DNA from: Paramoeba atlantica
Lineage: Eukaryota > Protista > Discosea
Direction: 5' to 3'
Length of the DNA: 64,000 bases
NCBI GenBank assembly: GCA_977017575.1
Contig: CDRNVI010000029.1
Span: 434,001 to 498,000 of the forward strand
Below are positions 20,853 to 32,909 of the stretch, in pieces (position 1 is the stretch's first letter; each line of letters opens with the position of its first letter). The position numbers and the translations under genes are program-made. Under the pieces are notes generated by a model. It saw nothing but the letters and a program-made list of their open reading frames with translations. It ran no database searches and was not told where the DNA came from.

Positions 20853-22952
20853 ATGGGTACTCTTGTTTCGAACGTCGACCTCGGGAGAACAGATGCAGCT
20901 GGGCCGATGTGTTGCACTGCAAGTTGTGCTCCAGGGCGAATGCATTCCCTGAAAACTACGGATCGACACCATGTTGGTATGTCACACTCCTCACGTTCCC
21001 AGGGTCGTCTCACGGCTCACATAAGCTCCACAGGTTTTACCAGTGTTGAGACGTACTCTTCCAGCGCACAGGCCGAGAGACCCCTTATCGAAACAGAAGG
21101 CCTATCTTCACGAAGTTCTGTAGATCACACCTCCACGAGTGAGACAGAGGAAATCTCGAGTAGTTCTAAATCGCGAATTCGAGTGGTGATTCGTAAACGC
21201 CCAATCAACGCCATGGACCGGCGCTCTGCGGAGAACGTAGAGGACGTCGTGCGGTGCGACAACCAAAGAACAGTTCAGGTCGCGGAGCCCCGCCAGAAGG
21301 TGGATTTAACAAAGTACACGAGCCTGCACACCTTTCGGTTTGATGAAGCTTTGTCTGAGGAAACGTCCAACGCAGAGGTGTACCATCGTTGCGTGCGACA
21401 CCTCGTGGAGACGGTATTTGAGGGCGGAACGGCCACCTGTTTTGCTTATGGACAAACAGGTAGTGGAAAAACGCACACAATGATTGGGGCAGCCAACAGT
21501 CCAGGAATGTACTACTTAGCGTGTAGAGACCTCTTTGGCCGTCTTGTTGATAACATGTTTATTACGGCTTCCTTTTATGAAATCTACTCTGGAAAACTGT
21601 TTGATCTGTTGGGCGATCGAAAACCTCTTCGTTGCTTGGAGGATTCGAAGCAGAATGTGAATATTTGTGGACTTACGGAACATCGCATCCCTGATGCCGA
21701 AGAACTGATGCGTGTTATGGTGGTAGGAGAGGGAAACCGTTCGCAAGGTTCGACGGGAGCGAACGACACCAGTAGTCGCTCGCACGCTATCTTGGTCGTA
21801 AAGGTGCGCAGAGATGACCACTCTGTGTTAGGAAAGTTTTCCTTCATTGATCTCGCCGGCTCCGAGAGAGGAGCTGATACAATGCATTCAGAAAGAACCA
21901 CTCGATTGGAAGGAGCACAAATCAACAAATCGCTACTTGCATTAAAGGAATGCATAAGGTCGCTCGACCTGGGGCACCGTCATGTACCATTTCGCGGATC
22001 TAAGCTTACTGAGGTGCTTCGGGACAGTTTTATAGGAAATGCCCGCACGGTGATGATAGGCAACGTTTCTCCTGCCTCAACGAGTTGCGAACACACACTG
22101 AATACACTACGCTACGCGGACCGTGTGAAAGAACTTAGGCACGGGACGCGGGGATCTCCTGCTTGTGAAGCCATGCTGGGACCTACTCCGACAGAGAGTG
22201 TGGCAGTTCTGGAGCCGAAGCGTCCGCCACGAGCATTCTCCGCCTTTTCAGCTGTTAGTCAGAGTCGAACAGTGCAGCAAACCTCAACGAGCACCGTGAC
22301 GCAAGGAAGAAAGTCATATTTTGCTGGAAGAACGAAAGTCACACGTCCTGTGGGACTAACAGAACCGTATGTAGCACAAGACAAGGGGCGTCGGTCTAAA
22401 AGTGCCACCCTGTTAGGCCGGCTGACTAGTAGCGAGCGAAATAGGGATGCATCAATGCCAAGGGACCCACACAGCCATGAAACTAAATCGGACATGGGCT
22501 ATTTATCGGAGCACTCAAGTTACGCTTCGAGTGCGACTCCTTTGGAAGAGGCGCTGGATACTGAGGGTTTGTGTGATATGGATGTCGAGTCCTATTTAGA
22601 AAGTTCCGAGTCTCACAGAAGCGGAACCTTTGCGGGAGACTCTAAGGATTATACTGATGAACATGATAACATAGTGTCAAAAATTCTTACTTTAGAAGAA
22701 GATCTCACATTGTGTCATCGTATGGAAATGGAACAGACACTTGAATCAATGCGTAAGGAAGGTACCCAGCTACAAAACTTTGACAATGGATTGGATACCG
22801 ATGTATGCGGTTTGCTGGCACAGTTGGAAGAATCCGTTCTAGCAAGGCGAAAATTGTGTGACAGGCAGTTAGAAAGGTTATCAACATTGCGCGATCTAGT
22901 TCAGCAAGAGGAAAGAATTGCCCGCCATATGGCGCAACACTCAATAAAATAG
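20853..22952 (+). CDS. Kinesin-13 (MCAK-like)
   Basis: [15 protein letters not shown] (KVD motif), [23 protein letters not shown] and [10 protein letters not shown], with a C-terminal coiled coil. Confidence 0.95.
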   Translation: MGTLVSNVDLGRTDAAGPMCCTASCAPGRMHSLKTTDRHHVGMSHSSRSQGRLTAHISSTGFTSVETYSSSAQAERPLIETEGLSSRSSVDHTSTSETEEISSSSKSRIRVVIRKRPINAMDRRSAENVEDVVRCDNQRTVQVAEPRQKVDLTKYTSLHTFRFDEALSEETSNAEVYHRCVRHLVETVFEGGTATCFAYGQTGSGKTHTMIGAANSPGMYYLACRDLFGRLVDNMFITASFYEIYSGKLFDLLGDRKPLRCLEDSKQNVNICGLTEHRIPDAEELMRVMVVGEGNRSQGSTGANDTSSRSHAILVVKVRRDDHSVLGKFSFIDLAGSERGADTMHSERTTRLEGAQINKSLLALKECIRSLDLGHRHVPFRGSKLTEVLRDSFIGNARTVMIGNVSPASTSCEHTLNTLRYADRVKELRHGTRGSPACEAMLGPTPTESVAVLEPKRPPRAFSAFSAVSQSRTVQQTSTSTVTQGRKSYFAGRTKVTRPVGLTEPYVAQDKGRRSKSATLLGRLTSSERNRDASMPRDPHSHETKSDMGYLSEHSSYASSATPLEEALDTEGLCDMDVESYLESSESHRSGTFAGDSKDYTDEHDNIVSKILTLEEDLTLCHRMEMEQTLESMRKEGTQLQNFDNGLDTDVCGLLAQLEESVLARRKLCDRQLERLSTLRDLVQQEERIARHMAQHSIK

Positions 22953-23361
22953 AAGTCATTAATGTACGAGGAAATGTTGCATCAAAGTCAAGGTGGTAAA
23001 TAGAATGACGTATAAGACAATATCGCACACAAGATGTAGCTTCACCGACACAACGATTTGCAAACAATCTAAGAAAATTCACGCACAAAGTTTGTAGCAG
23101 TTCATCACGCCGAGGATTAGTAAAGTGCCAGAATTTTTATCCAGAGTGTATTCAAAGTGAGTGTTGCATTCCAAGTCAGCAAAAGAGTTGTGTTTTTCGG
23201 TGTTATGCTTTCATGTAATTACTAATTCTGAATATAAGGAATCGGAGAAAGGTACTAGTTGTACTATTTGGTACTTAATCTAAGAACCGATTGACTATTT
23301 CTGTACTTATGGAGTGGAACAGTTAAATGCACTTCTCTTCCTCACTTACCGACTCGACATA

Positions 23362-25143
23362 ATGAAACAATCTGAGCGTCTTGAACAGTTCCTTCAAAAG
23401 CGACGAGCATCGAAAACGCCCCGAAAACGGGATTTTTCTACGAGCAATACAGAAAGAAATTCAAGTACTCCGCACGGGAAGAAAGGATTTTCTCTCACCG
23501 CCTCACCAGTGGCGTCGGCTCGACCACAAAAACTTCATCTTGCATCACCAATCTCCCCTTCATGCGTCAAAGTCATTATTGAACGCGAAAATCAAAACCG
23601 TGATGCTTCTCCGGAGTATCGAAGAGTATTGTTCTCAGAGGCTCCACGGGAACTTCATAAAAGCATTGAACGAAGCACCAGAAGCGAATCTAAGGTACCA
23701 ACTACAGTAACTTCAGAGAACTCTATTTTACCTACGACCACTTTGTTCAACGACGAAGCTGAGAGTGCAAGAACGGATTCTATTTCTAGAAATTTGCTTT
23801 CTGATCTCGATAGCGTTTCTGCGGAAAAATCATTCGTCCCGATGGAAACTCACACACATACGCCATCTCATGTTTCATGGAATAGAGCGAGAAACCCGCC
23901 TCATACCTCTCCGGCAATCCGCACATTCCTACCGGACTCAAGACCACTGAGCTTAAATTTGTCTAATGAGAGCGTTGCACGGGTCGACACGCCTACAACT
24001 CAGAAAATCGAGACACCGGAGATCGTCAAAGCCGAGGTTGCTAGCGACAAACACGCTTCGCCCATTCGAGGAATGGAAAATCAGGGAAATCGATGTTACC
24101 TCAATTCGCTGTTGGTCGCTATACGTAGCGATCCTGCACTGTATGCATGGGTAATGGGAGAGCCAAACGATTCCACATTAAGTCCCACGATACGGGGAGA
24201 AATAAAGAAAATTTTCCAGGAGACGTTCGTACCCACCGGCGATCCAGTCAGTCTGCGTGCACTCATCATGTTGCTGGGTAAACAAATGCCCATTTTTCGC
24301 TCCCGGCGTCAGCAGGATGTGCACGAAGCCTTTACTGTACTCCTATCTCTACTCATTGAAGAAGAGGACAAGCTCATGAAAGAGTCCTCTTTACTCGATA
24401 AGGCAGACGTAGACGGCAGCCATGGTTCGCAGCCCGAAAAAGAGACACCCACGCTGTCACACCTTTTGCAAATGGAGATAGAAAACTCGATTAAATGTGA
24501 CGAATGCCACCATCAAGTTAGTGTCGTAGAAAAGTCGACCATGCTGTCTCTCCCTGTGGAACCCGGATATCAGTCGAATGGTAACACTACGGACACCTCC
24601 CTCCCTCCCTTGTGTCTTGTTTTAGAGCAGCTCGTCCGCAAGGTCTTGTGTGAGAAAGAATACATCCAGCACGCCTGCGAGTCATGCGGCGCAACCCGCG
24701 CCCTCTCCACCCTTTCCCCATTGACGCTGCCGCAAGTTCTGGTTCTTCATCTTAAGCGCTTCGACGCGAGTGGTCGAAAAATCGTTCGTGAAGTTTTCAC
24801 GACCCCTCGAATTCTGCTCTACACAAAAGCGGATGGCGCCATGTATGAATTTCGTTCCATGATTAGCCACGTGGGAGATCACGTCACCAGTGGGCATTAC
24901 ATTTGTGATTTCCAAGCGCATCACAGTGACACGGAGGTCTTTCCCACACGCGTGGGCCACGGAGACGACACCATCCTGCTGGACACAATGACACAAGACG
25001 ATGGAGAAATCACCTCGGGGTCCGAACGTGGGGTGCCGATGATGGAAACGTTGGGACTTCGTGAACGGAAATCCTATTTAATCTTTTACACAAAAATAGG
25101 AAATCTTCCTCCCCAGGAAGTGATTAGAGAAGTTACGGTTTGA
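23362..25143 (+). CDS. Ubiquitin-specific protease (C19)
   Basis: Cys box GMENQGNRCYLNS, QQDVHE, LHLKRF and His box HVGDHVTSGHY. ATG at 23362. Confidence 0.88.
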   Translation: MKQSERLEQFLQKRRASKTPRKRDFSTSNTERNSSTPHGKKGFSLTASPVASARPQKLHLASPISPSCVKVIIERENQNRDASPEYRRVLFSEAPRELHKSIERSTRSESKVPTTVTSENSILPTTTLFNDEAESARTDSISRNLLSDLDSVSAEKSFVPMETHTHTPSHVSWNRARNPPHTSPAIRTFLPDSRPLSLNLSNESVARVDTPTTQKIETPEIVKAEVASDKHASPIRGMENQGNRCYLNSLLVAIRSDPALYAWVMGEPNDSTLSPTIRGEIKKIFQETFVPTGDPVSLRALIMLLGKQMPIFRSRRQQDVHEAFTVLLSLLIEEEDKLMKESSLLDKADVDGSHGSQPEKETPTLSHLLQMEIENSIKCDECHHQVSVVEKSTMLSLPVEPGYQSNGNTTDTSLPPLCLVLEQLVRKVLCEKEYIQHACESCGATRALSTLSPLTLPQVLVLHLKRFDASGRKIVREVFTTPRILLYTKADGAMYEFRSMISHVGDHVTSGHYICDFQAHHSDTEVFPTRVGHGDDTILLDTMTQDDGEITSGSERGVPMMETLGLRERKSYLIFYTKIGNLPPQEVIREVTV

Positions 25144-25287
25144 TCATCTTCATATTGGTTCCGTGAAGTTCAAACTATACAGTGCTCTGAAATGCATTTC
25201 ACAATTCTGTAGACGGATGAATGGAACCTTATTTATTATTTAATACATTACTAGATTCCTTTTATTTTTTAGCCTAATTCTGACGAT

Positions 25288-25965
25288 ATGGTGAGCTTGA
25301 AATTACAAGCACGACTCGCCGCGGATATTCTAGGCTGTGGACGACGACGTGTATGGCTGGACCCGAACGAGGCGAGCAACATTGCGAGCGCAAACTCGCG
25401 TGCCACAGTTCGTCGGCTCATCAAGGACTTCTTCGTTATCCGTAAACCGAAGGAAATTCGTTCTCGCGCGCGCTGGGCCCGTCGAAAGGCAGCCAAGCGC
25501 TTGGGGCGACACATGGGCATCGGACTCCGCCACGGTACGAAGGAGGCCCGGACTCCCTCGAAGAAGCTTTGGATACAGCGCGTGCGTGTGTTGCGTCGTC
25601 TCTTGGCGAAATATCGTGAGATGAGGAAGATTGACAAACACCTGTACCGCAAGCTGTATATTTCCATCAAAGGGAACGTGTTTCGTAACAAGCGTAATTT
25701 GATGGAACATATCCACCGTGCCAAGAGTGAGCTTGTACGCGAGAAACAATTGGCCGATCAGTTGGAAGCGAAGAAACTGAAGAACATGCAGAAGCGAGAG
25801 AAGCTGCGGAAGCGAGAGCAACAGCGCCGGGAGAAGGAACGCGAAAAGGCACACGCTGCGAAACTTGAAGTAATTGCTCGACAAAAGGCCGCAAGCAAGC
25901 CCCAGACGGGGAAGTCAGGGAAGAAAGCAGTCGCGCCTGCCACTAAGAAGACGAAAACAAAGTAA
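25288..25965 (+). CDS. RPL19: 60S ribosomal protein L19 (eL19) with C-terminal extension
   Basis: [33 protein letters not shown] and [15 protein letters not shown]. Confidence 0.97.
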   Translation: MVSLKLQARLAADILGCGRRRVWLDPNEASNIASANSRATVRRLIKDFFVIRKPKEIRSRARWARRKAAKRLGRHMGIGLRHGTKEARTPSKKLWIQRVRVLRRLLAKYREMRKIDKHLYRKLYISIKGNVFRNKRNLMEHIHRAKSELVREKQLADQLEAKKLKNMQKREKLRKREQQRREKEREKAHAAKLEVIARQKAASKPQTGKSGKKAVAPATKKTKTK

Positions 25966-26151
25966 GGAAAGTTGTTTGTGATAAAGGATCGTAAAAGTAC
26001 GTAAAGTTCTTGTGTAACAAAGCGGATATTCGAAACAAATTATCATATCTTTTTATATTCATGCTGGGGTTGGATTGTTCTAGTTAAGGCAAGTTTTCTC
26101 TTATTTACCTAATCCTAGATTGGTATGCATTTATAGAAGTAACAATGTAAA

Positions 26152-27867
26152 ATGTTTTTCGAGAAGAAGAGCCCGGGGACATGGACCTACCTCTGGTTTC
26201 TTTTCACAGCTGCTGCGCGTTGTATGCTGAGCTGGAACCTTCCCATAGTAGATTGCGATGAGACGTATAACTATTGGGAACCGCTGCACTTTGTGTTGTA
26301 TGGCTCTGGGATGCAGACATGGGAGTACTCGCCTCGTTACGCGCTCCGCAGTTGGCTGTATATTTTACTTCATGCCGGGCTCGCTTATCCAACCTATGCA
26401 TTAGGGCTTCCGAAGCCCCTGGTGTTTAGAAGCGTCAGATGCCTGCTTGGAATTTTCGTTACCCTCTCCGAATACTATTTTTACAAGGGAGTGAGACATC
26501 GTTTTGGGTTCTCGATAGCAGCCCTTTCACTTTTGTTTATGTCTCTAAGCCCTGGAATAAATGCAGCTTCAGTTTCCTTCCTTCCCTCATCATTTGTAAT
26601 GCTGAGCAACTTGCTAGTCTTTGGGGCCTGGATGAGGTATGGCACATCAAACCCAAAAAATTGGCAAATTGCATGCGCCTTCTCGATTGTTGGTTGCTTT
26701 GTGGGATGGCCCTTTGGAGGACTTTGCTTGGTACCAATTGCCCTGCATACCCTGCACGTATACGGATGGAAACAACCTTTCGTATTCTGTTCAGTGTTAT
26801 CTTTGTTCACATTTACAATGCTTTTTGTTACTGACTGGATGTGGTACTGTGTACCAGTTAGTTCATTTCTACGAATTTTGAGTTATAACGTGTTCTCACA
26901 GGATGGAGGTGGGGCCACTCTGTATGGGACGGAACCTTGGACGTTCTTCGTGAAGAATTTCGCGATGAACTTTTCCGTTGTTTTTCCGTTGTCTCTTATT
27001 TTACCCCTACGCTGGCTGCTGCAAATGATGAGTTTCCTTTATAATAAGGCGCGGAACAAAAAAGTCAAGAAGCACGTTCCATCACTTTCAACACCACTGC
27101 TATTCTGCCTGCCATACTACATATTCTTCGGTTTCTGGTTATTTGTCCCACATAAAGAGGAACGGTTTATGTTTCCTGTGTACCCATTGATATGTCTTTC
27201 GGCAGCAATAGCGTTTCAAAATATTTATTCGGTCTGGCAGCGACGCGGTTTCCACTACCATGTTGCAGCGCACAGAATCCTTATTGTCTTTTATGCCGTA
27301 CTCTCTGTCGCTAGAATAGTTTTACTCTGCGTCGAGCACAGAGGTGCTGTGCAGCTGCATGAAAATCTTTTCCGCTCGATTCCTTCGGTCGAAAAGCATT
27401 ACAAGCGTTGCGGAACCTCATGTAGCGGACGTTCAGTGACAGTATGTTATGGTAAAGAGTGGTATCGTTACCCCAGCTCTTTTTTTCTTCCAAAGCCTGA
27501 CGTGAATCATACTTACTCAATAGCGTATGTTCCGTCTGAGTTCCACGGACAATTGCCTGCGCCGTTCATGAACAGTTGCACAGACGGTACAAAGTTCAAT
27601 CACTTGAATCAACGTATTGGGAACCTATACACATCTCCTGCGTCATGCGATTTTGTAATTGATTCATTAGAAACAGGCAGAGAATCTGATTTTTCGTCTG
27701 ACCAATGGGTGAAACTATATACGGCTTCAATTCTCGATCCTCCTCGCTCACCATTTTGGTCACGCTCCTTCTATATACCGTACTTGAGCCCTCAAGTAAA
27801 TAATTACATCAGTTTGGATCTACTAATACACAAAAAATATTGCTCTACCCATACCTTCCCCGTGTAA
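26152..27867 (+). CDS. ALG9: Alpha-1,2-mannosyltransferase (GT22)
   Basis: DCDETYNYWEPLH, QTWEYSPRYALRS, SFLPSSF, PHKEERFMFPVYP and KEWYRYPSSFFLP. Confidence 0.93.
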   Translation: MFFEKKSPGTWTYLWFLFTAAARCMLSWNLPIVDCDETYNYWEPLHFVLYGSGMQTWEYSPRYALRSWLYILLHAGLAYPTYALGLPKPLVFRSVRCLLGIFVTLSEYYFYKGVRHRFGFSIAALSLLFMSLSPGINAASVSFLPSSFVMLSNLLVFGAWMRYGTSNPKNWQIACAFSIVGCFVGWPFGGLCLVPIALHTLHVYGWKQPFVFCSVLSLFTFTMLFVTDWMWYCVPVSSFLRILSYNVFSQDGGGATLYGTEPWTFFVKNFAMNFSVVFPLSLILPLRWLLQMMSFLYNKARNKKVKKHVPSLSTPLLFCLPYYIFFGFWLFVPHKEERFMFPVYPLICLSAAIAFQNIYSVWQRRGFHYHVAAHRILIVFYAVLSVARIVLLCVEHRGAVQLHENLFRSIPSVEKHYKRCGTSCSGRSVTVCYGKEWYRYPSSFFLPKPDVNHTYSIAYVPSEFHGQLPAPFMNSCTDGTKFNHLNQRIGNLYTSPASCDFVIDSLETGRESDFSSDQWVKLYTASILDPPRSPFWSRSFYIPYLSPQVNNYISLDLLIHKKYCSTHTFPV

Positions 27868-28278
27868 GTGTGTACGTACACGTGTAAGTTAGCCACTTAC
27901 ACTTAGTGTACACACTTTTTTTGTAACACGTTTTGTAAAGGTTGCACAGCGAAAAAATGATAATGTTTACTTACTGAACGAAACTAGTCAAGTTTAGTGT
28001 AGTGTTTCATCTGATTACATCCTTTCGTGACTTTTTTAAACGGTTTTATCTACTTTCTCTTACCATACGTAGTGGTTCACTGAACCACCTTTTGGTTCAA
28101 TGGTTCATCGGGTTCATTGAACCCATTTTTGAACCCACTGAACCCATTTCTAAAGTAAACAAGATTTCGAAAGACTTGGTATTTTAGGCTGCTTTCTCAG
28201 CTAAAAACTCAGTATTTGCACATGAAGTGTTACAGAAACGGTATCTTTATCTTTAAAAGGATAATTATGCATGCCTTA

Positions 28279-29204
28279 GAGGGGTGACTCTGGGTGGGAG
28301 TGACTGGGAGCGCCTAGGATATCTTTCGTCAAAAATTTATTCCTTAGTTTCTTAATATTTTTTTCTTCAATCGGAAAATACAGAAATCATTTTACTGGAA
28401 TTCTGCAGGACTTAAACGAGGGTTTGGGCATGTAATACACGTTAATAATACATTTTGCTAGGATTTTTTCCGACTTTTTTCGTGAAAAAAATCCGAACTT
28501 GGCGGGCCCATCCTGCGGATACCAGGGGGGGTCACCCCCACGTGGGGTTGTAAAATTTGTTCACTTTTTTTAGTAATCGAGGGTACAGCGGTAGTTAAAC
28601 AACCACAGCAATACGCCTAACGTTAGACGCCTAACGTAAGACCGTCGAAGCGGTGGGCTTTTCTTGGTCGAATGAGCAGAGCGTTGTAGGATCGGACTGC
28701 GTCAGAGACTCTGCTAGCTCACCCGCTAAAACTCCACCATCCCAGATTGTTGGTACGGGACGGTCCTGGCTGGAGAAACGAATTTTTTTACGCTTTTGAC
28801 CACAGCTTGCGCGAGTGTAGTTCCACCTCCACCGAGGTTACAAGGTTGACACGCGGGAAAAGGTTGTTCTGATAACGTATTCCCGGCGATAGACTTGCCA
28901 CGCCGTCTTACAACCCAGGAACGCGGTTAACGACCCCACGAATAGGGGTTAAACAGGAATAGGAATGGACAAATCCCTGCAGCTAACAGGAAGTCCTTAC
29001 TTCGGAAAGCTGGGGCCACGCCCCATCAACGACGACAGCCCAACACCAGTCTCCCTTTCTAACTCTTTGTCATGTTAGCCCAGCACGTTCCATCCAAGGG
29101 ACATTGAGGATTCTGCACCTCTTTGCGAAAATCATTTCACCAAGTCGGATCTCCGTAGAAGTTTACTGGGAGCGCCTGGGAGCGCCCGGGCAGGAGTCAC
29201 CCCT
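28279..29204. mobile_element. MITE-like element with GAGGGG termini nested in the hAT element
   Basis: GAGGGGTGACTC at the left and GAGTCACCCCT at the right. CTGGGAGCGCC is repeated in the same orientation near both ends. Confidence 0.5.
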
Positions 29205-29473
29205 AAGTTTTCATCGCCCAAAATATTTTTTTTTATTTTTTTTTGGCCAGCCGAGTGCATCCTCGAGTCTTGGCAAACAAAGAAAAGAGTGAAGATAAAT
29301 CATAATAAAAAAATGTAAATGTATATCGATCACTACATATTACAGTACATAACATTGAGGCGACGCCTAGTTACGCCTCAAGATCAGAAAATTCAGAATT
29401 CAAATACCGAATGTTACAGTGCACAAAGGCTAACAATGCGATCTTATCTGGCGCCATGCTAGCTTGTCGGCAG

Positions 29474-30055
29474 TTAAATTTGTGTCCCATAGCAGAAAGG
29501 ACAGAATCGTCCCATTACAGCTTTGGGAGTCTGATCGTCACGACTGATTCCTGAACAATGGTGGTTAAGGTGTATGTTGTATGTAGATTCGCAATGTGAA
29601 TGAAACACCTCTTTGCAGTATCGACACCGAAGATGAAGAGAGTGTCCCGAGGCGTCCTTCAGTGCCTGTTCTTCATATTGGTTACGTACCTCGGCAGCTC
29701 TACATACTGAATCATTGCTACACATCTCGTCAAGAAAATGAGCCTGAATGCTGGCTTTCTTGAGAAGATTTATACCTCCCCGTATTCGTGTCCTTTTCTT
29801 GGCCCGGTTCGGAGTCGCTTCAGCATCAAGGGAAGACTGGGAGGGAGCTTCCGAAATTCTTTGTGACATTGTAGCAGCTGCTTCTCGGCAGTCTCTATCC
29901 GAAGCAAGTGTTCTAGGAGGTGTTGCATCATCCTCTCCAGGCAAAATGTTCCCCGCGTTTCTTACTAAATTTGTTGGAGCGGTATTCGATGGAGATGGCG
30001 CTGGGGAATCTGAATCCGGTACAGAGCGGCGTGCTCGTGGCTTCTCTTTGGGCAT
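29474..30055 (-). CDS. Truncated transposase N-terminus with BED-type zinc finger
   Basis: LRCRYCKEVFHSHCESTYNIHLNHHC. It lies inside the TIR element and no catalytic domain follows. Confidence 0.6.
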   Translation of the reverse strand: MPKEKPRARRSVPDSDSPAPSPSNTAPTNLVRNAGNILPGEDDATPPRTLASDRDCREAAATMSQRISEAPSQSSLDAEATPNRAKKRTRIRGGINLLKKASIQAHFLDEMCSNDSVCRAAEVRNQYEEQALKDASGHSLHLRCRYCKEVFHSHCESTYNIHLNHHCSGISRDDQTPKAVMGRFCPFCYGTQI

Positions 30056-30259
30056 ATACTTTGAGCATATTTCCGATGATGTGGAAGAAACTATAAAAGC
30101 GTAGTGATACAGGAATCAGAAGAAATACTATATTGGATTCAAACGTTTATAGGAGTAATAGACATATTACATGGAGAAGCAGTAGATAAATATTTGGGTT
30201 CAGTGGGTTCAATGAACCAAGAAATAGGGTTCACTGAACAACTAGGTATGTCTTACCTA

Positions 30260-31175
30260 TTTCCCGCTTCCCGCTTACTCCTTTTCCCCTTACGTGCTTT
30301 CGCCTTTCCTATTGACCCCCTTGAACCACGTACCCCTTACCCATTTTCCCCTGGCCCATTTCCACCTTTCTCACTTTCACCTTACCTCTTACCCTCTTCC
30401 CTTCTGATCAGCGACCTGCCTCGCCGGACCGCTGCTCACAATTTACAGCGCGTTACGGACCGGGTCTATCGACCCCTCCACGGCCTGACTTGAGAAACCT
30501 TCCTTTGTTATGCGGGAGGGCGCAGGAGCGGGCCTGTGTCGACAGCGACACGGTCTCGAAACCAGGTGTTGATCGGTTGGGTCGGTAGGCTCCGGATCCC
30601 TACCTACCTCACATTGGGTTACCCCACTCGTGAAAGTGAGGCGTGAGAATAGGCACTGTCGGCCCGACCAGCACCCGTAACGGCCACTTTTCATAGGAAG
30701 ACATCCTCGGCCGCGTTCCGCGTGTTGAATGAACAGCTTAGGTCGCTCTTCGGTGGATGCAAGAGAGGATAGAGCTACTTCCATGTCTACTTCCGTGTTC
30801 CATGTACACCACTTCCATGTCGCCATATCCTATCAGGGCTGGATCAGGTGTCGGTGGGGATCGTAACACCATCATACGTGCTTGCGACCGCATTAGAGTG
30901 ACGTTCAGGCCAGCTAGAAGTTGATGTAAGGCTTCTTTTTTCGATAGATTGCCGGAGTGCATCAAGTGTTCAATTGCTACGTCACGGATCACTGCCATGA
31001 GCCGTATGATTCTACGGCCATAGCCGCAAATCTTAGTTTGGCTGCGGCGGCTTCTCGTTGTTTCGGCTTGTGTTCCGTTGCGCATGTTTCCGCAAACGAT
31101 CCAGCTGAAACCACGCTAGCATCACGGACGAGATCCACATATTTTGTTCGCTGGACGTGGGTTACAGCGAAATCC
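30260..31175 (-). mobile_element. 5'-truncated CRE-like retrotransposon copy (RLE C-terminus plus 3' UTR)
   Basis: DFAVTH...SAGSFAE...AMAVESYGSW...ARMMV is homologous to the copy at 31620-32000. It is followed by a structured 3' UTR and a purine-rich tail. Confidence 0.75.
30449..30676 (-). ncRNA. Conserved structured RNA, copy A, in the CRE-like 3' UTR
   Basis: Shares helices with copy B, including compensatory changes (see findings). Strand is assigned from the host element orientation. Confidence 0.55.
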
Positions 31176-31312
31176 ATTTTTTTTCTCACCCTCTGACTTA
31201 CTTTTTTCCAACTTTCTCCCTACTTCCGTACTTTCTCCTACTCAACTTTTCATGTTTTCAGTAAGGTCCCCTCAGCTTCTCCTCCCCGTGCAGGTGACTC
31301 CCTAACCATTCC

Positions 31313-31520
31313 CGCGTTCCGGACAGGGTCTTTCCACCTCTCTTCGGCCTGACTTGTGAACCCTTCCCTTGTTATACGTGGGGACCTGTGTCGACAGCGA
31401 CACGGTCGCGAAACAGCATGCTGGCCGACGGGGAGGAACAAAGTTCCTGACCTCACTTGGAGTACCTAGCCCGTGAGGGCTAGGCGTGATCATAGACCCT
31501 GTCGGCATCGACCAGCATAC
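31313..31520 (-). ncRNA. Conserved structured RNA, copy B, in the CRE-like 3' UTR
   Basis: Shares helices with copy A. Strand is assigned from the host element orientation. Confidence 0.55.
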
Positions 31521-32909
31521 GGACCTGCAGTTTGTGTCCCCGTGACCATCCACACGTTCAGCGTCTTTTTGGATACCATAGCGTATTCGCCATGCAGGAC
31601 CGGGTACGTAGGTAGGGGCCTATGTCGCTACTTTTGGATCCGTTGGGTCTGGCACGCAGATATACGAAACCATCATTCTGGCTTGGAGTCACACTAACGC
31701 AACGTTCAGCTCCGTCCGGAGTTCATTTCGCGCTTGGCTGCGAGACATAAATTCTTATGACGCGTTCGCTCGTTGCGTTCCGATGTCCCATAGGAGCACT
31801 AAAACACTCTCGCTCCAGGAGCCAGATAATTCCACAACCACTGCTGTGAAAAGGAACCCGGCTTCGGTTGCTTCCTGTCGCTATCTCGCTTTGGTCTGTG
31901 TGTAGTGCTCGGCAAAAGACCCTGAGGCCACCCAGCTAGCATTACGGACTGAGTCCAAATACTTTATTTGCTGTGCGTGGGTGACCGCAAAATCTAGAAC
32001 TATGCCTTGCACAGTGCCCTTGGCTAAGAATGCAGTTGGTAGGAAGAGGTCCGCTGGCCTTGTGAGAGCTCCTCCTGGCCCTCGACTTCCCAAACTCTTC
32101 TCTCTCTCTGTGGTTGATGGAAGGCTTTGCTGCAAAAGGACGTTAATTGTTGCACTACAGCATAATGTCGTGAGAGTATACCGTGTCCATTCCTACAGAA
32201 CAAAGCGTGCTCTCCGTTTTTGAGTAAGGGAAGGGTGCAGCAATCAGTTGCGCATGGTTGATCCTCCGGCAAGATATTCATCCTGAGCAACCAGCGCGTC
32301 AGGCTCCGAAACTTTTTGTGGGTGAAGCCTCTGCTCTTGTTACAAAAGCCCAGTTTCCGGGCCCCTCCCTGATTGAGAAATCCATCGTGCCCTCGTCCTT
32401 GCATCTCCTTTCATGTACGCAGCCTGAAATTCACTTTCCAATATTGCTCGGCTGAGGTGCCTCTGTCGTGGTATAATGGTTTCCTGTTCGGTGGAGTCGG
32501 AGGGGAGAGTGTTGTTGAGAGATGGGGTGTATTTTCGTTTAGCAGGGCGGACCAGGCGCCTCGTCCCTCATTCTGTTCAGCTGGGGAACTGGGTCCAGTG
32601 ATCGTACCAACTGGATCTGCTCCGACTTCGTTATTTATACATGTATACCGGACGGAATCTGAAAATCCTTCTGCTTCGGTTGGTTCCCGGCTATCCATGT
32701 TAGCAGCAAAAGTGACAGAGGAAGCAAATGCAGCTGACTGGTGGAGCAATGATGAACGAAGTCCGAACCCCCCCGTGGCGTTTCGGTCGTTGGATTTGGT
32801 CGCGAGCGGAGAGGTCTAGGTGGGAAATTGTGTGTTCCACGGCGTTGAGCAAAAGTGAATCACGCTGTTGGCATAATGAGGGCTTGTGGGGTTGTGCGTA
32901 GCGCACATA

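Larger units (their letters stand above)
28065..30250 (-). mobile_element. hAT-like non-autonomous element carrying a BED-finger ORF
   Basis: Imperfect TIR ATACGTAGTGGTTCACTGAACC / GGTTCACTGAACAACTAGGTAT, clustered GGTTCA/TGAACC subterminal repeats at both ends, and flanking direct repeat TCTTACC (28058-28064, 30251-30257). Confidence 0.7.

Noticed and set aside
23296-23314. Spliced-leader-like words (TTTCTGTACTTA here; AACTAACGC near 38715)
   Set aside because: These are only short partial matches, with no full 39-nt exon or donor site.
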